Below, one piece after another: positions 25,690 to 36,399 of a stretch of 41,537 nt of DNA. A model generated the notes under the pieces. That model had not been told where the DNA came from. It was given only the letters and a program-made list of their open reading frames with translations, and made no database searches. This stretch comes from Octopus bimaculoides. Lineage: Eukaryota. Both the position numbers and the translations under genes were made by a program. Position 1 is the stretch's first letter; the number at the start of each line of letters is the position of its first letter. Where the stretch lies: NCBI RefSeq assembly GCF_001194135.2, contig NC_068987.1, forward strand, positions 8,044,090-8,085,626, in the 5' to 3' direction.

Positions 25690-25744
25690 TATTATGATCA
25701 TATATTGTTCATTTTTTCTTTTCCTCTATCTGCTCTATAGATTA

Positions 25745-26022
25745 AGAAGTTTTACTTCCCAACTATATGGTTCTGGGTTCAGTTCCACTGCATAGTACCT
25801 TGGACAAGTGTGTTCTATTATAGCTGAATGAAGCCTTATGAATGGATTTGGTGAACGAGAACCGAAAGAAGTCTGTGTGTCTTCTTGTCTTGGCACTGAA
25901 TGATTGTTGTAAATGAGTGTCATTCGTTCCCAATATTCTGCAGAAACATGTCTGGCTGTGGGGAAATATTACCTTCCTTGAAAACGGTAAGTGTTGGTAA
26001 GGAAGGACACCTGACCGTTGAA
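25745..26022 (+). mobile_element. Family B SINE with RTE-like 3' tail
   Basis: GGTTCTGGGTTCAGTTCCACTGC head; GGAAGGACACCTGACCGT tail. Confidence 0.7.
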
Positions 26023-26059
26023 AATTTAGATTGTAATTTTCTCTAACAGTACCATGCTA

Positions 26060-26187
26060 ATAATTAACGTTCCAAGCCCCAGCTTAATAATGACAAAATT
26101 ATTTTACTTAATTCTTTGTTATTTTCATAATTTATTGAAATCCAAAGTAGTTTGTTTCAACAGAAATACGGTAACAAAGAAGTTGAA
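26060..26187. mobile_element. piggyBac MITE family 2 partial
   Basis: Homologous to 24380-24490. Confidence 0.65.
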
Positions 26188-27087
26188 TGAAGAATGATAT
26201 ATTGGACAATGTAGTAGTTAGTGTCGGATGTACAAAATGCTGGATGATCACCGCTGGAATGTCTTTGATTACAAGTCAGCTCAATCAAATCTCAGCTACA
26301 ACAACAACAACTATGTTTACAAGTTTTGATACTAATTGTAAACCTCATCAGGTTTATGTTACTACATAGGTTGTCCCCTATTTGTGAGAGATTTAATGTT
26401 AAGCTGCTTGGATTGTTGGAGACAAGAATAACATGGCTATAGAGACATCTTAATGTTGGTGATAAAATAGGAACTTTCAGAATTTCCAGCACCTTATCAA
26501 TTTAACTAATCCCATCTAGAAATGTTTACATAAATAAATTGTAAAACTCTCTCTAGATACAGGACTGTTATCCAGTTTAACTGCTAGGATTTTTATGACT
26601 GGGAGCTGATAAAAATTTAACAAAACCTCTATTGTTAAGGCCACAAAGATCGTCTTTGAAATTATAAAATTAATAAATTATCATTACTATGAAGTTTATT
26701 AATTAACTCTCAGTGGTAAACACATCACGATAACCGTGACAAGCAGTGCTGGGTATCATAAATGATATTTTTATACCTGAATAGCTTGTTTGTATGTATC
26801 GTAACAACATTTATACTCCCCATCCTCTTTACAAATTACTTCAAAAAATATGGTTCCTATTTCTCTGAGCGGAATTGCTAAAACATAATGTGTGTTAAGA
26901 CACTGATGATGATATGCTACTGAGAGCCCCTTCGGTCATGATTGCACCTAGAAAGTTACCCTCCCAGGCACAAGTCCGGGCAAGGAATTTGAGCTGAAAA
27001 TGGGAAGATATATGAAATGCTGTTAAGCATTTTGCCCAGCATGTTAATGATTCTGCCAGCTTGTTGCTCTAGTGATAATAAAAATAA

Positions 27088-27452
27088 CAAGAGCACTCAG
27101 AGAGCGCCGACTTCCACCAAGGCAACACCAGCATCCTCTCAACGATTAGCCAGAGATGATTTTTAAAATGAGAATATCTGAAATAAACTTGACTGCTCTC
27201 ACAAACAAGAATACTAAAAATGAATCTGACTGCTCTCAAAAATTAAGTAAAAAAAAAGCAGAAAAATAATCCAGAATTCTTGTCCGGTACTAGATTGATA
27301 CCAAAATCTAATCAGTTTATGCCAGTTACGAAGCCAAACATCCTTGAAAGTTTCATCCGAATCCATCCAGCTGTTCTTGAGATATCTTTTCCACTGACAA
27401 ACAAACAAACACAATTGAAAACAATACCTTCACTAAGGTGGAGGCAGTAATA
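27088..27452 (-). mobile_element. Helentron-type non-autonomous element (HINE/DINE-1-like)
   Basis: Reverse complement of 37436-37799, with the same subterminal IR and terminal hairpin. Confidence 0.7.
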
Positions 27453-27465
27453 AAACAAACTTTAT

Positions 27466-27843
27466 TCAGGGACTTTTTGAGTGGGATGAGCTACTCAACC
27501 TGAAGAAAATTCTAGCTAAGCCCCCACCTGCAAAGTCATGCAGTGATTATCTTGATATGAGATCACCATGTTGCGCACATATGGTTGCAATGCATGTGCC
27601 TGGTGTACCCTTATCAGACGGGGAGTCATGCACATATGGTTGCAATGCATGTGCCTGGTGTACCCTTATCANNNNNNNNNNCGCACATATGGTTGCAATG
27701 CATGTGCCTGGTGTACCCTTATCAGACGGGGAGTCATGACGGGTGTATCAGGCTTCGTATATTTGTACCCTAGTGTCACTTCGCTGGCGTGCACTGCTCT
27801 CTCACTCAATAATAATAATAATAATAATAATAACAATAATAAT
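27466..27843 (+). mobile_element. Retroposon 3' end (family D) with (AAT)n tail and internal 55-bp tandem duplication
   Basis: GGTGTACCCTTATCAGACG...GCACTGCTCTCTCACTC(AAT)n; homologous to 34990-35104 on the minus strand. Confidence 0.75.
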
Positions 27844-28231
27844 AGGTGGTGGCCATGGTCTCTTCAGCTGTCCTCTTTAAGGATTGGACCTAACACTAAA
27901 AGCACTGTTATTACATAGGGTGCTCCTGCTTGAACTGTGCAATATGTTTTCATTCATTCATTTGACATCTGTCTTTCCACATGCTAGCATGGGTTACACA
28001 AATACATATTGTTGAAGTGTCATTTTACAGCTGGGTGTTCTTCCTGTCACTAACTCTGACCTGTTTTCCAAGTACAAGTTTCTTTTTTTTTCTTTTTTTT
28101 AATCCTTTTTTTCCCCTAAATTTTTTTATTGTGCATGTCTTTGAGAAAACAGAGGATATCAAGCTATTTGTTGAGAAAGAATGCAAGATGCATTTCATCA
28201 TTTATAGCTCAACTCTATTTTTTTTTTTTTT

Positions 28232-28568
28232 ACATGCAAAGTTACAGGAATGTAAATGGCCTCAAATCTCATCTGCGAACACATGGAAAACGAACCTCCA
28301 CCAACTGTTCTGCCTATATGTCTGTGCACACTTTTGAATGCAGTGTATGCCAGAAAGGTTTGCAAATGCAATGGAGGCCTCGAAAGACATTTTAAGATCC
28401 ACAAAAAGCAGAACTTATCAGCAGCTCTTGGTGGTCTAAATTGGAGGTGCAATCTATGTGGGAGTCTTTTCAGAACATTGTCTGGTTTAAAAATGAACAT
28501 CAGATGCCATGATGGTTCTAAGGTGTAGGTACAGGAGGTGATCACTCTGCATAAGGAGTAGACAACCA

Positions 28569-28570
<2 letters not shown>
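28232..28570 (+). pseudogene. Decayed triple C2H2 zinc-finger ORF end, likely 3' end of a non-LTR retroelement
   Basis: KSYRNVNGLKSHLRTH; FECSVCQK/VCKCNGGLERHFKIH (1-nt frameshift restores C-x2-C-x12-H-x3-H); WRCNLCGSLFRTLSGLKMNIRCH (first H is N). TAG at 28526-28528, ~40-nt UTR, then (AT)n. Confidence 0.65.
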
Positions 28571-28606
<36 letters not shown>

Positions 28607-29253
28607 CTCAGTGTGTGTGTGTGTGTGTGTGATGATGTGACTCTCAAGAGAAACGACTCCCAGAAGTTTAAAAAAAAAGTATTCTTTGTTTAATNNNNNN
28701 NNNNNNNNNNNNNNNNNNNNNNNNNNNNNNNNNNNNNNNNNNNNNNNNNNNNNNNNNNNNNNNNNNNNNNNNNNNNNNNNNNNNNNNNNNNNNNNNNNNN
28801 NNNNNNNNNNNNNNNNNNNNNNNNNNNNNNNNNNNNNNNNNNNNNNNNNNNNNNNNNNNNNNNNNNNNNNNNNNNNNNNNNNNNNNNNNNNNNNNNNNNN
28901 NNNNNNNNNNNNNNNNNNNNNNNNNNNNNNNNNNNNNNNNNNNNNNNNNNNNNNNNNNNNNNNNNNNNNNNNNNNNNNNNNNNNNNNNNNNNNNNNNNNN
29001 NNNNNTTCTTTTTTGTTTTGTTTTATTCCTTTTAATTTTTGCCCGTTTTATATTTTATTCCATTTTATTGCTCTTGGTTTTATTTTCTCAACTTGAGTGT
29101 TTATATTATCATCTCTTCTGTCCCAGTATATTCCATGCAAAAATCGAAAACTGTATGTGTTGAAGAAGTGGCAAAGAGAAAATGAATTTGTCTGTCCATC
29201 CATCTTCTCCTTCTTTTCTCCTCCTTCACTTTTCTCTTTTCCTCTTTCTTCTT

Positions 29254-29285
<32 letters not shown>

Positions 29286-29518
29286 GTGTGTGTGTGTGTG
29301 TGTGTGTATGTGTGTGTGAAAATTTTTTGACACCCATCTTTTCTTTGTGCAGTAGTTGAGGTGGTGGGGGAATATTGCTCTATCATGATAGGTTCTCTTC
29401 GAGGTTTCAAATTTAGCATAATCCACTCCAGTCCTCCTCCAGCATTTTTAATAACTATAAAATTTAAAATCAGGATGATGACGTGCACACGCCACCATCG
29501 GTGATGTATATAATAACC

Positions 29519-29573
<55 letters not shown>

Positions 29574-30040
29574 CATCATTATTTTTTTTTATGCTTTATT
29601 TAATATTTTTCATGTTTCATTTCCAGATGTTATCTAGTTCTTGATTTTCTTATTGTTTTTATGTATATTTTATTTTTGTTCTTATTTTATTTATTTATTT
29701 ATTTATTTATTATTTGTTTGTTTTTTTTTTTGTCTTCTGTATTCAGAACGCTAAATAAATTTGTCTGCAAAATTAAAAAAGAAAAGAATTATAAGAAACC
29801 TCCCCCCACTCCCAACAAATAACTCCAAATTTTCGAAATAGGAATAAGACAAAAACAAATCTTTTATTGGTATGGAACGAAGCCAAGAATAATAAATGTT
29901 TCCCTGTATGTTTGGTGTTTTGCCAGTTTCCTGAGGTGAAACAGATTTAGTGCTTAAACAATTGTCCTTTTCCCCACTAGTTTAAAACTCATTTTTCTCT
30001 CCGTATCCTAGGTAATTCTTATGTCCGGCTTCTAGTTTAG

Positions 30041-30068
30041 CACTTCAACTCTCAGAAGCATTTGATTG
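30041..30068 (+). other. Candidate 28-nt microexon
   Basis: CTTCTAGTTTAG acceptor and TTG|GTAAGT donor. Confidence 0.25.
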
Positions 30069-30232
30069 GTAAGTCAATATTACCGCATCACAAAAAGACT
30101 TGTACTAGCATCAGCTCTTCACCTCATAGACTTATGTCGCTGGCTCCTTCAACTGAGCGGCTACCACCCATTATCATGTCTTGGATAACGGTCTCACAAG
30201 CACATTTCAATACTCAATAAAGGGCTCTAGAT

Positions 30233-30300
30233 CAGTGGTTTTCAACCAGGGTCCAGATGACCCTTGTGGGGGGGGGTCCATATAAGATGTTGTTGTTAAA
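30233..30300 (+). mobile_element. hAT-like terminal fragment
   Basis: CAGTGGTTTTCAACCAGGGTCC start. Confidence 0.5.
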
Positions 30301-30372
30301 ATTCATTCCAATTAGGTTGACTTTACCTTTCATCCTTTTGGGGTCGATAAAATAAGTACCAGGTGAGCACTG

Positions 30373-30760
30373 TCATCATCATCATCATCATCATCATCAT
30401 ACGGCCACCTTCCATGCTAGTATAGGTGGGATGGTTTCACAAGAGCCGACCAGGCTGATGCCTGCACCAGACTTCTGTGACTGTTTTGGCAGGATTTTTA
30501 TGTCATCATCATCATCGTTTAACGTCCGCTTTCCATGCTGGCATGGGTTGGATGGATTAACTGAGGGCTGGCAAGCTAGAAGGCTGCACCAGGCTCCAAT
30601 TAGATCTGGCAGAGTTTCTACAGCTGGATGCCCTTCCTAACACCAACCACTCCGAGAGTGTAGTGGGTGCTTTTTACGTGCCACCGGCACGAGAGCCAGT
30701 CTGGCAGTACTGGCATCGGCCATGCTTGAATGGGGCTTTTTATGTGCCACTGGCGCAGGA
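30373..30760 (-). mobile_element. Two stacked RTE-type 3' ends, each with (CAT)n
   Basis: Copies begin at ~30373 and ~30503. Confidence 0.85.
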
Positions 30761-31730
30761 GTCATGTGTATGTATGTATATGCATAGATATGTATATGTA
30801 TGTGTATATACATTTATAAAGTTAGATGCAAAATAGTGTGTGCACATGCATTTGACTATGTATGTGATCATGTATGTATATGTGTGTATGTGTCAGTGTA
30901 TATATGTGTCTGCCTGGAATCTATGTGTTTATTTATGCTTATGCTAAGTTTACATCAATAAAGACATAACATGTCTATGTTTATATGTCCCTACAAAAAT
31001 ATGAAAGCTAGACAGATGAAAATTTGTCCAAATATTTTGCAGTTTGTACCTGTAACATCTCTAAGATATATCCTCCAGTGTGTTTATATATGTATATATG
31101 TATGCATATAAGTGTGCAAGAGCAGACTTGTACATGTGCTCTTGTTTATCTCACTGGCTTGCTGCACTTATTAATTAAAATAACTTCCAAACATTGGCAA
31201 TATTTTTGTTATTGTCCTCCAAAATTCCATTTGAATGCAGTCTATGCTTAGTTTGTGTTAGCTGTAATTAAATACACCAAGATTGCTATTTTCTTCACAG
31301 CTTCCATCCACTGCTACCAGCAACAACATTCCTACCGCCAACACACCAGCACCAACACCACAATGTCCTCTCAATAATGGTACCACAACTAATTTCTGGA
31401 CACTGTATAGAACTGCATAAGGGGGGNNNNNNNNNNNNNNNNNNNNNNNNNNNNNNNNNNNNNNNNNNNNNNNNNNNNNNNNNNNNNNNNNNNNNNNNNN
31501 NNNNNNNNNNNNNNNNNNNNNNNNNNNNNNNNNNNNNNNNNNNNNNNNNNNNNNNNNNNNNNNNNNNNNNNNNNNNNNNNNGGGGGGGGGGGCTTGGGTC
31601 AGTGGATGAGCCTCTGCATGTTTTTCATTTTGCAAAGTGACACATGGGACTTGAGAATGGGTTATTAAGTACGAAACAAATGAATAAAACTTGCATTAAA
31701 GTTAGTTTTAATTAAAACTTCTTTTGAATA

Positions 31731-31771
<41 letters not shown>

Positions 31772-31776
31772 ACATA

Positions 31777-31972
31777 TGAGGGTGTGCTGAAAAGTTCCTG
31801 GCTTTGGGTAAAAGAAAATACAGGAGGATCAGTTAATTGTGATTTTAGTCAACATATTCCCCTCTCAGATTTCACACATTTTCTGCAGGCGGTCCTTCAG
31901 TTTTTCTAAGCCACCCTGTTAAAGAACTCGGAAGGTTGGGCCCTTAAAGCCAGTAACTTTTCAGCACCCTCT
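31777..31972 (-). mobile_element. mariner-derived MITE retaining transposase C-terminus
   Basis: TA|TGAGGGTGTGCTGAAAAGTTCCTGGCTTT ... AAAGCCAGTAACTTTTCAGCACCCTCT|TA. The minus strand encodes LEKLKDRLQK/CVNLRGEYVD* with indels. Confidence 0.85.
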
Positions 31973-32514
31973 TACGCACAAATATCCAGACTCTGATTGA
32001 AGAAGCAATTGGCTGCAAATGATCTGTGTATCTTGTTTTGTCCTGTTTACCATTGTTGTGCTATCGCCCTTTTCCTTCTGGTTATGTCTTGACGATTTCT
32101 GTTTGTTGTGTTTTTTACTTTTGATTTATATATATATATATACAGATTGCCTGATCAGTAGCTAGCAAAGTACCCCTCGTTTGAGTAATTATTACTTCAG
32201 AGATTTTGCTCGCTAGGAAACTTGTAGCCTGGATTTTACATCATTCCCTAAATTGAGATTTTTCTTCTTATACACGACAACCCCAGTTGCTAACCGTGAA
32301 CTATAAAATGAGTTTTTACTGCTCATTGAATTTTGATATGGGAAAGATTTACAACCTTCTACAGATTGTTCAAAGCTTACTAATTCCTACACCTTGATCC
32401 TTGGATCTTACCGTTTTACATATTACTATATTTAATGTAATATTGTAATGTAAATAAATTATTGTATTGTCAATAGAATATTTCTATATTTAATCTACCT
32501 TTATATATATGTGC

Positions 32515-32575
<61 letters not shown>

Positions 32576-32914
32576 CACGTGTGTGTGTGTGTTTATCATT
32601 ATCATTTGATATCCACTTTCTATGTTGGCATGGTTCGGATGGAATTAGTTGAGGTAGATTTTTCCAATGGCTGAATGCCATTCCTTTTTGTCTTTGTGTG
32701 TATACGTGTGTGTGTGTGTGTGTGTGTGTGCATTCTCCTTCTGTTGATGGAATAGCTTGCTGATGGCTTCTGTTTGTTTTGCACAACATGCACCATCTTT
32801 GCATCTGTTCCTGAAACATCTGTTAGAGACTATCTGCACACCTATTTCCTTCCTTCCTCCCTTCCTTACGATCTTTTAATCGTGTATTGATTCAGCCAGC
32901 ATGTTTTTTTTTAT

Positions 32915-33028
<114 letters not shown>

Positions 33029-33647
33029 TCAATAACTTTGTCTAGTTTTTGTTTTTTTTAAATTCTGAGTTCAAATCCTGCTATGTCTGATTTAGAAACC
33101 TTGTCCACCTTTAGTGGAGAGGTCCACTCTGTTGCAGACATTCTCCAGTTTGAAGATAATGTCCTCTGTCCCTCCGTCCCACCAGTCTTGGAAGCCCTGT
33201 AAAGAGTTATGGACATTACCATTCCCTCCTGGCTAAAAAGAAAAGCAAAATGAATCAGGGAGGGGTGTATTCATGGCTTGAGTGTTTTTGATTTTAGGTC
33301 TTCTTGATAATGGCTAACCAGGAACTTAAGAACAACTCAAAAAGAGGAACAATTGATGTGGGAGTAGGGGTGATAAAAACACCATCCTCTTGAAGGCACC
33401 AAAATATTGGAACCACTCCAATTCTTACATTAGATTTCTAAATGACACACCACACATCAATATTAATTGGAAGCACTTACTTATTGCCCTCTTCCATCAA
33501 ACAATATTTATTGCAATAATAACCCAAGGCTGTTTTTCTTCTATAAAGCTATTTTACACCCAAAAGACTTGGGTTGCTACCCTCTGGTTATATCTCATTT
33601 TTATTTTACCTTGAAGAAGTCTATACATGTTCAGTTACCTTCTCAAA

Positions 33648-33850
33648 ACAGCAGCTAAATTTCCCTCAGATTGCATTTGGTCACCCTCCTGAAATAACAG
33701 CTAAATTTCTCTTTACCAGGAGGAATTTCACCCTGCTAAAATAGCAGCTAAATATGTTTAAATCAGACTCGGTCACCCTGCTAGAATAGCAGCTAAATTT
33801 CCCTTAAATGAGACTCGGTCACTCTGTTCAAATTGCAGCTAAATGTCCCT
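33648..33850. repeat. ~46-bp diverged tandem repeat, ~4.5 units
   Basis: Recurring (T/C)AGCAGCTAAATTT(C)CC...GGTCACCCTG. Confidence 0.8.
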
Positions 33851-33954
33851 CGGACAACTAAATTTACCTGAAATCACATCCTATGATCTTTGAAAAGAAC
33901 GACAAGCTTGATAAGGTACAGTCATTGTAAGCGCAATACAAAAAGCCTCTTTAA

Positions 33955-34179
33955 CCCTTTAGCATTTAATCTGGCCACATCTGGCCCAAATATTCTACCA
34001 TTTTTTTTAATGTTAAAACTGACCAGATCCAGCTTCTCACACCTACCCTACAATGTCATTCTAAAAATATGCAAACGCACCATTGAAATCTCGAAGGTAC
34101 AAAATAATGAGTGACTAATCAAAAACAATGAGAATAAATAAGAATTACATTTGGTGGGAGTAGTGCGGGTGCTAAAAAG
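33955..34179. mobile_element. piggyBac MITE family 1
   Basis: TTAA|CCCTTTAGCATT...GTGCTAAAAAG|TTAA. Confidence 0.85.
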
Positions 34180-34643
34180 TTAATCACAGGTTTGCCTGAC
34201 GAGGACTTACCTTGGGCTAAACAGAAGGAAAAAAAAAAACAAGAGAAAATGAAATGAGAAAATCTCTAGATTTGATGCCATACCATTCCTTTTATGGTCA
34301 AGGTCTTTAAGATTGTTAATTTTTATTTTACTGAGTGGTTATGAGATACTCGGTCAGCAACTTAATACTAACTTATTAAGCCGTTCAGGTGCGTTTTTGT
34401 AGCCACCACCTTTTTTTCTGTTTGCTTAAGTTATAATCAGTCTGATACCAAATTCAAATTAAAACTACCTTGCTGTATTTGAACAGCAACAACAACAACA
34501 GCAGCAGCAACAACTATAACCTTGATAATTAGAGGCAAGAAACTGGTTTTAGTAAAGGTAATGTTGTTGGAATGAGAGTTGAACCTCATTATCTATTACC
34601 ATAGATGGGGGTGATGGTATTACTATTATTATTATTATTATTA

Positions 34644-34956
34644 CTCTAGATGTCACACAGTATACAATATCTGTAGGCTGTTGATTGAAGATATTTGTGT
34701 CTCCCAGGGGTTTGTACTGTTTGTACTGTTTGTCAAGTCACAACAAGTACTTCAGACAGACAGTACTTTACGCAATATGCGTGCAGTTCCAAGTAATGCT
34801 GATTTTTGCAATACATCTAGATTGTAGGGTATTTCTAAGGTTTTCAAATGTTTTTTTCAGATTGAAAGGTAACGCTCCTATGACAACAATTGGGATAACC
34901 TTTGTGTTCGACTCTCGTAGCTGCCACATCTTGCCGATCTCAATTCTCAGGTCTCC

Positions 34957-34957
<1 letters not shown>
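34644..34957 (-). mobile_element. 5'-truncated Dong/R4-clade (RLE-type) LINE 3' end between (TAA)n tracts
   Basis: Encodes GDLRIEIGKMWQLRESNTKVIPIVVIGALPFNLKK/HLKTLEIPYNLDVLQKSALLGTARILRKVLSV* (+1 frameshift in A7; stop at 34754-34752). The VIPIV.GAL...QK.ALLGTARILRKVL motif is typical of R4/Dong C-termini. Confidence 0.85.
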
Positions 34958-34987
<30 letters not shown>

Positions 34988-34989
34988 GT

Positions 34990-35104
34990 GTGAGAAGGCA
35001 GTGCATGCCATCAAAGTAACACAGGGGTAAAATATACAAAGCCCAGTATACCCATCATAACTACTCGTCTGATAAGGGTACACCAGATACATGCATCACA
35101 ACCA
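34990..35104 (-). mobile_element. Family D retroposon 3' end with (AAT)n tail
   Basis: Homologous to 27690-27843. Confidence 0.8.
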
Positions 35105-35160
35105 AGAGATGAGGAATTATTTACATTTGACGGATATTTGTCCTCATCTAGTTTGTTGTT

Positions 35161-35207
35161 AACACAACGTTTCAGCTGATATACCCTCCCAGCCTTCATC
35201 AGGTGTC
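35161..35207 (-). ncRNA. Minimal type I hammerhead ribozyme
   Basis: GACAC-CUGAUGA-A-GGCUG-(11 nt)-CAGCU-GAA-ACGU-U-GUGUU: stem I 5 bp, stem II 5 bp, palindromic ACGU stem III, cleavage triplet GUU. Confidence 0.8.
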
Positions 35208-35252
35208 TTGAGGAAATTTTGAACCTGGGTTCTCATTCCTAAGGTATTTTTC

Positions 35253-35466
35253 TGTGGTGTCGATGCCCAAGCGAAGAAGTAGGATCGACCAAGACATAAA
35301 TAGAGGTAGTCTGACCGTGGTAGGAGTGGACTGACGGTGGACTGACGGTGGACTGACGGTGGACTGACGGTGGACTGACGGTGGACTGACAGTTGAGTAG
35401 CTGCTGTGTAGCGGTTGAGTAGAGATCATCTGAAGGTGCTAGATAGCAGTAACTTGAGACATGACA
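35253..35466. mobile_element. Solo-LTR-like insertion, 214 bp
   Basis: TGTGGTGTC...GACATGACA termini; 5-bp TSD TTTTC at 35248-35252 and 35467-35471; internal (GTGGACTGACG) x~6. Confidence 0.72.
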
Positions 35467-36399
35467 TTTTCGATGTTGTTGTTATTATTATTATTATTAG
35501 TCAGGTCACTGCTTGGAATTGAACTCGGAATCTTGGGGTTAGTAGCCCGCGCTCTTAACCACTATGCCATATGCCTCAGGTTAGTGTTTTCTACCATACA
35601 TAGCCTCAAGCCATGATAAACAGTTAACCTAATATTACTGTTTTCTGGTTACTTGCCTTTGTCTGTACTTATGTGTAAACTGGCTGATTTTACAGAAGAG
35701 ATCATGTACTGTTTCAGTTGTATCGATTACAATGAAAATAAGGGATACATTTTTTCTGGTTGGAATGTCTTACTTCTATCCAAGTCAGTGTAATCCTTCA
35801 GCTTTCAACTGTCTTAAAACACTATTGTTTTTTTTTTTGTTTTTTTATCCTGCTAGATTCACTCTGCTTGGCTGGTGGTCCACCTCCATGCTGGAGTTTC
35901 TTGAGATCTTTCCTGCCTCATTTTCTCATTAACCTCTCGCCAAATATTGTCTATGGAAGTTGAAGCTGAGTGACCCTGTAAGAATATTTTAGTAATTTTC
36001 TTATTATTATTTTGGGTGTGACTCAAAGTTTTTTTGTTTTTTTTTTCTCTTTGTAAGAGCTGATTTTTGGACATCCTGACACAATGATAAATTGTTTCAG
36101 AAATTCAATCACATAGGTAACATTCATCAGCTGTAACGAGAATCTACCTAATAATGACGGCCTGTTTTGGCCTGGCTCCTCTACGGTAAATGTTGTTGCT
36201 TTTGTTGTTCAATTCTGGCTGGATTTATTCATCTGGCTAGGAACAATTTTGAAAAATATTTGGGGCATTCAGCTTATATAACCATCATCATTAGTTGATG
36301 TCCACTTCTCCATATTTCCATGGGCTAGGCAGTTTTTTTTTTTCTTTTGTTTAGCAGATTTTCTTTGGCTGGGTGCTCTTCCTGTTGCCAACCCTCCAG

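Larger units (their letters stand above)
35105..35575 (-). mobile_element. tRNA-headed SINE carrying a hammerhead ribozyme
   Basis: A box TGGCATAGTGG (35569-35559), B box GAGTTCAATTCC (35526-35515), (AAT)n spacer, hammerhead core at 35207-35161, 9-bp 3' hairpin AGATGAGGA/TCCTCATCT. Confidence 0.8.

Noticed and set aside
26900-26990. CTGATGA at ~26905 as another hammerhead
   Set aside because: Part of (GAT)n; no stem II/GAAA geometry. The adjacent sequence looks like a SINE fragment.
27575-27738. 55-bp repeats as a CRISPR-like array
   Set aside because: No unique spacers, eukaryotic retroposon context, partly a gap artefact
28256-28528. Intact 90-aa zinc-finger gene
   Set aside because: The annotated start falls mid-finger, finger 2 needs a frameshift and finger 3 lacks a His ligand; treated as a remnant
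35515-35575. Functional tRNA gene (and other SINE heads)
   Set aside because: No acceptor-stem 3' strand; continues into SINE body
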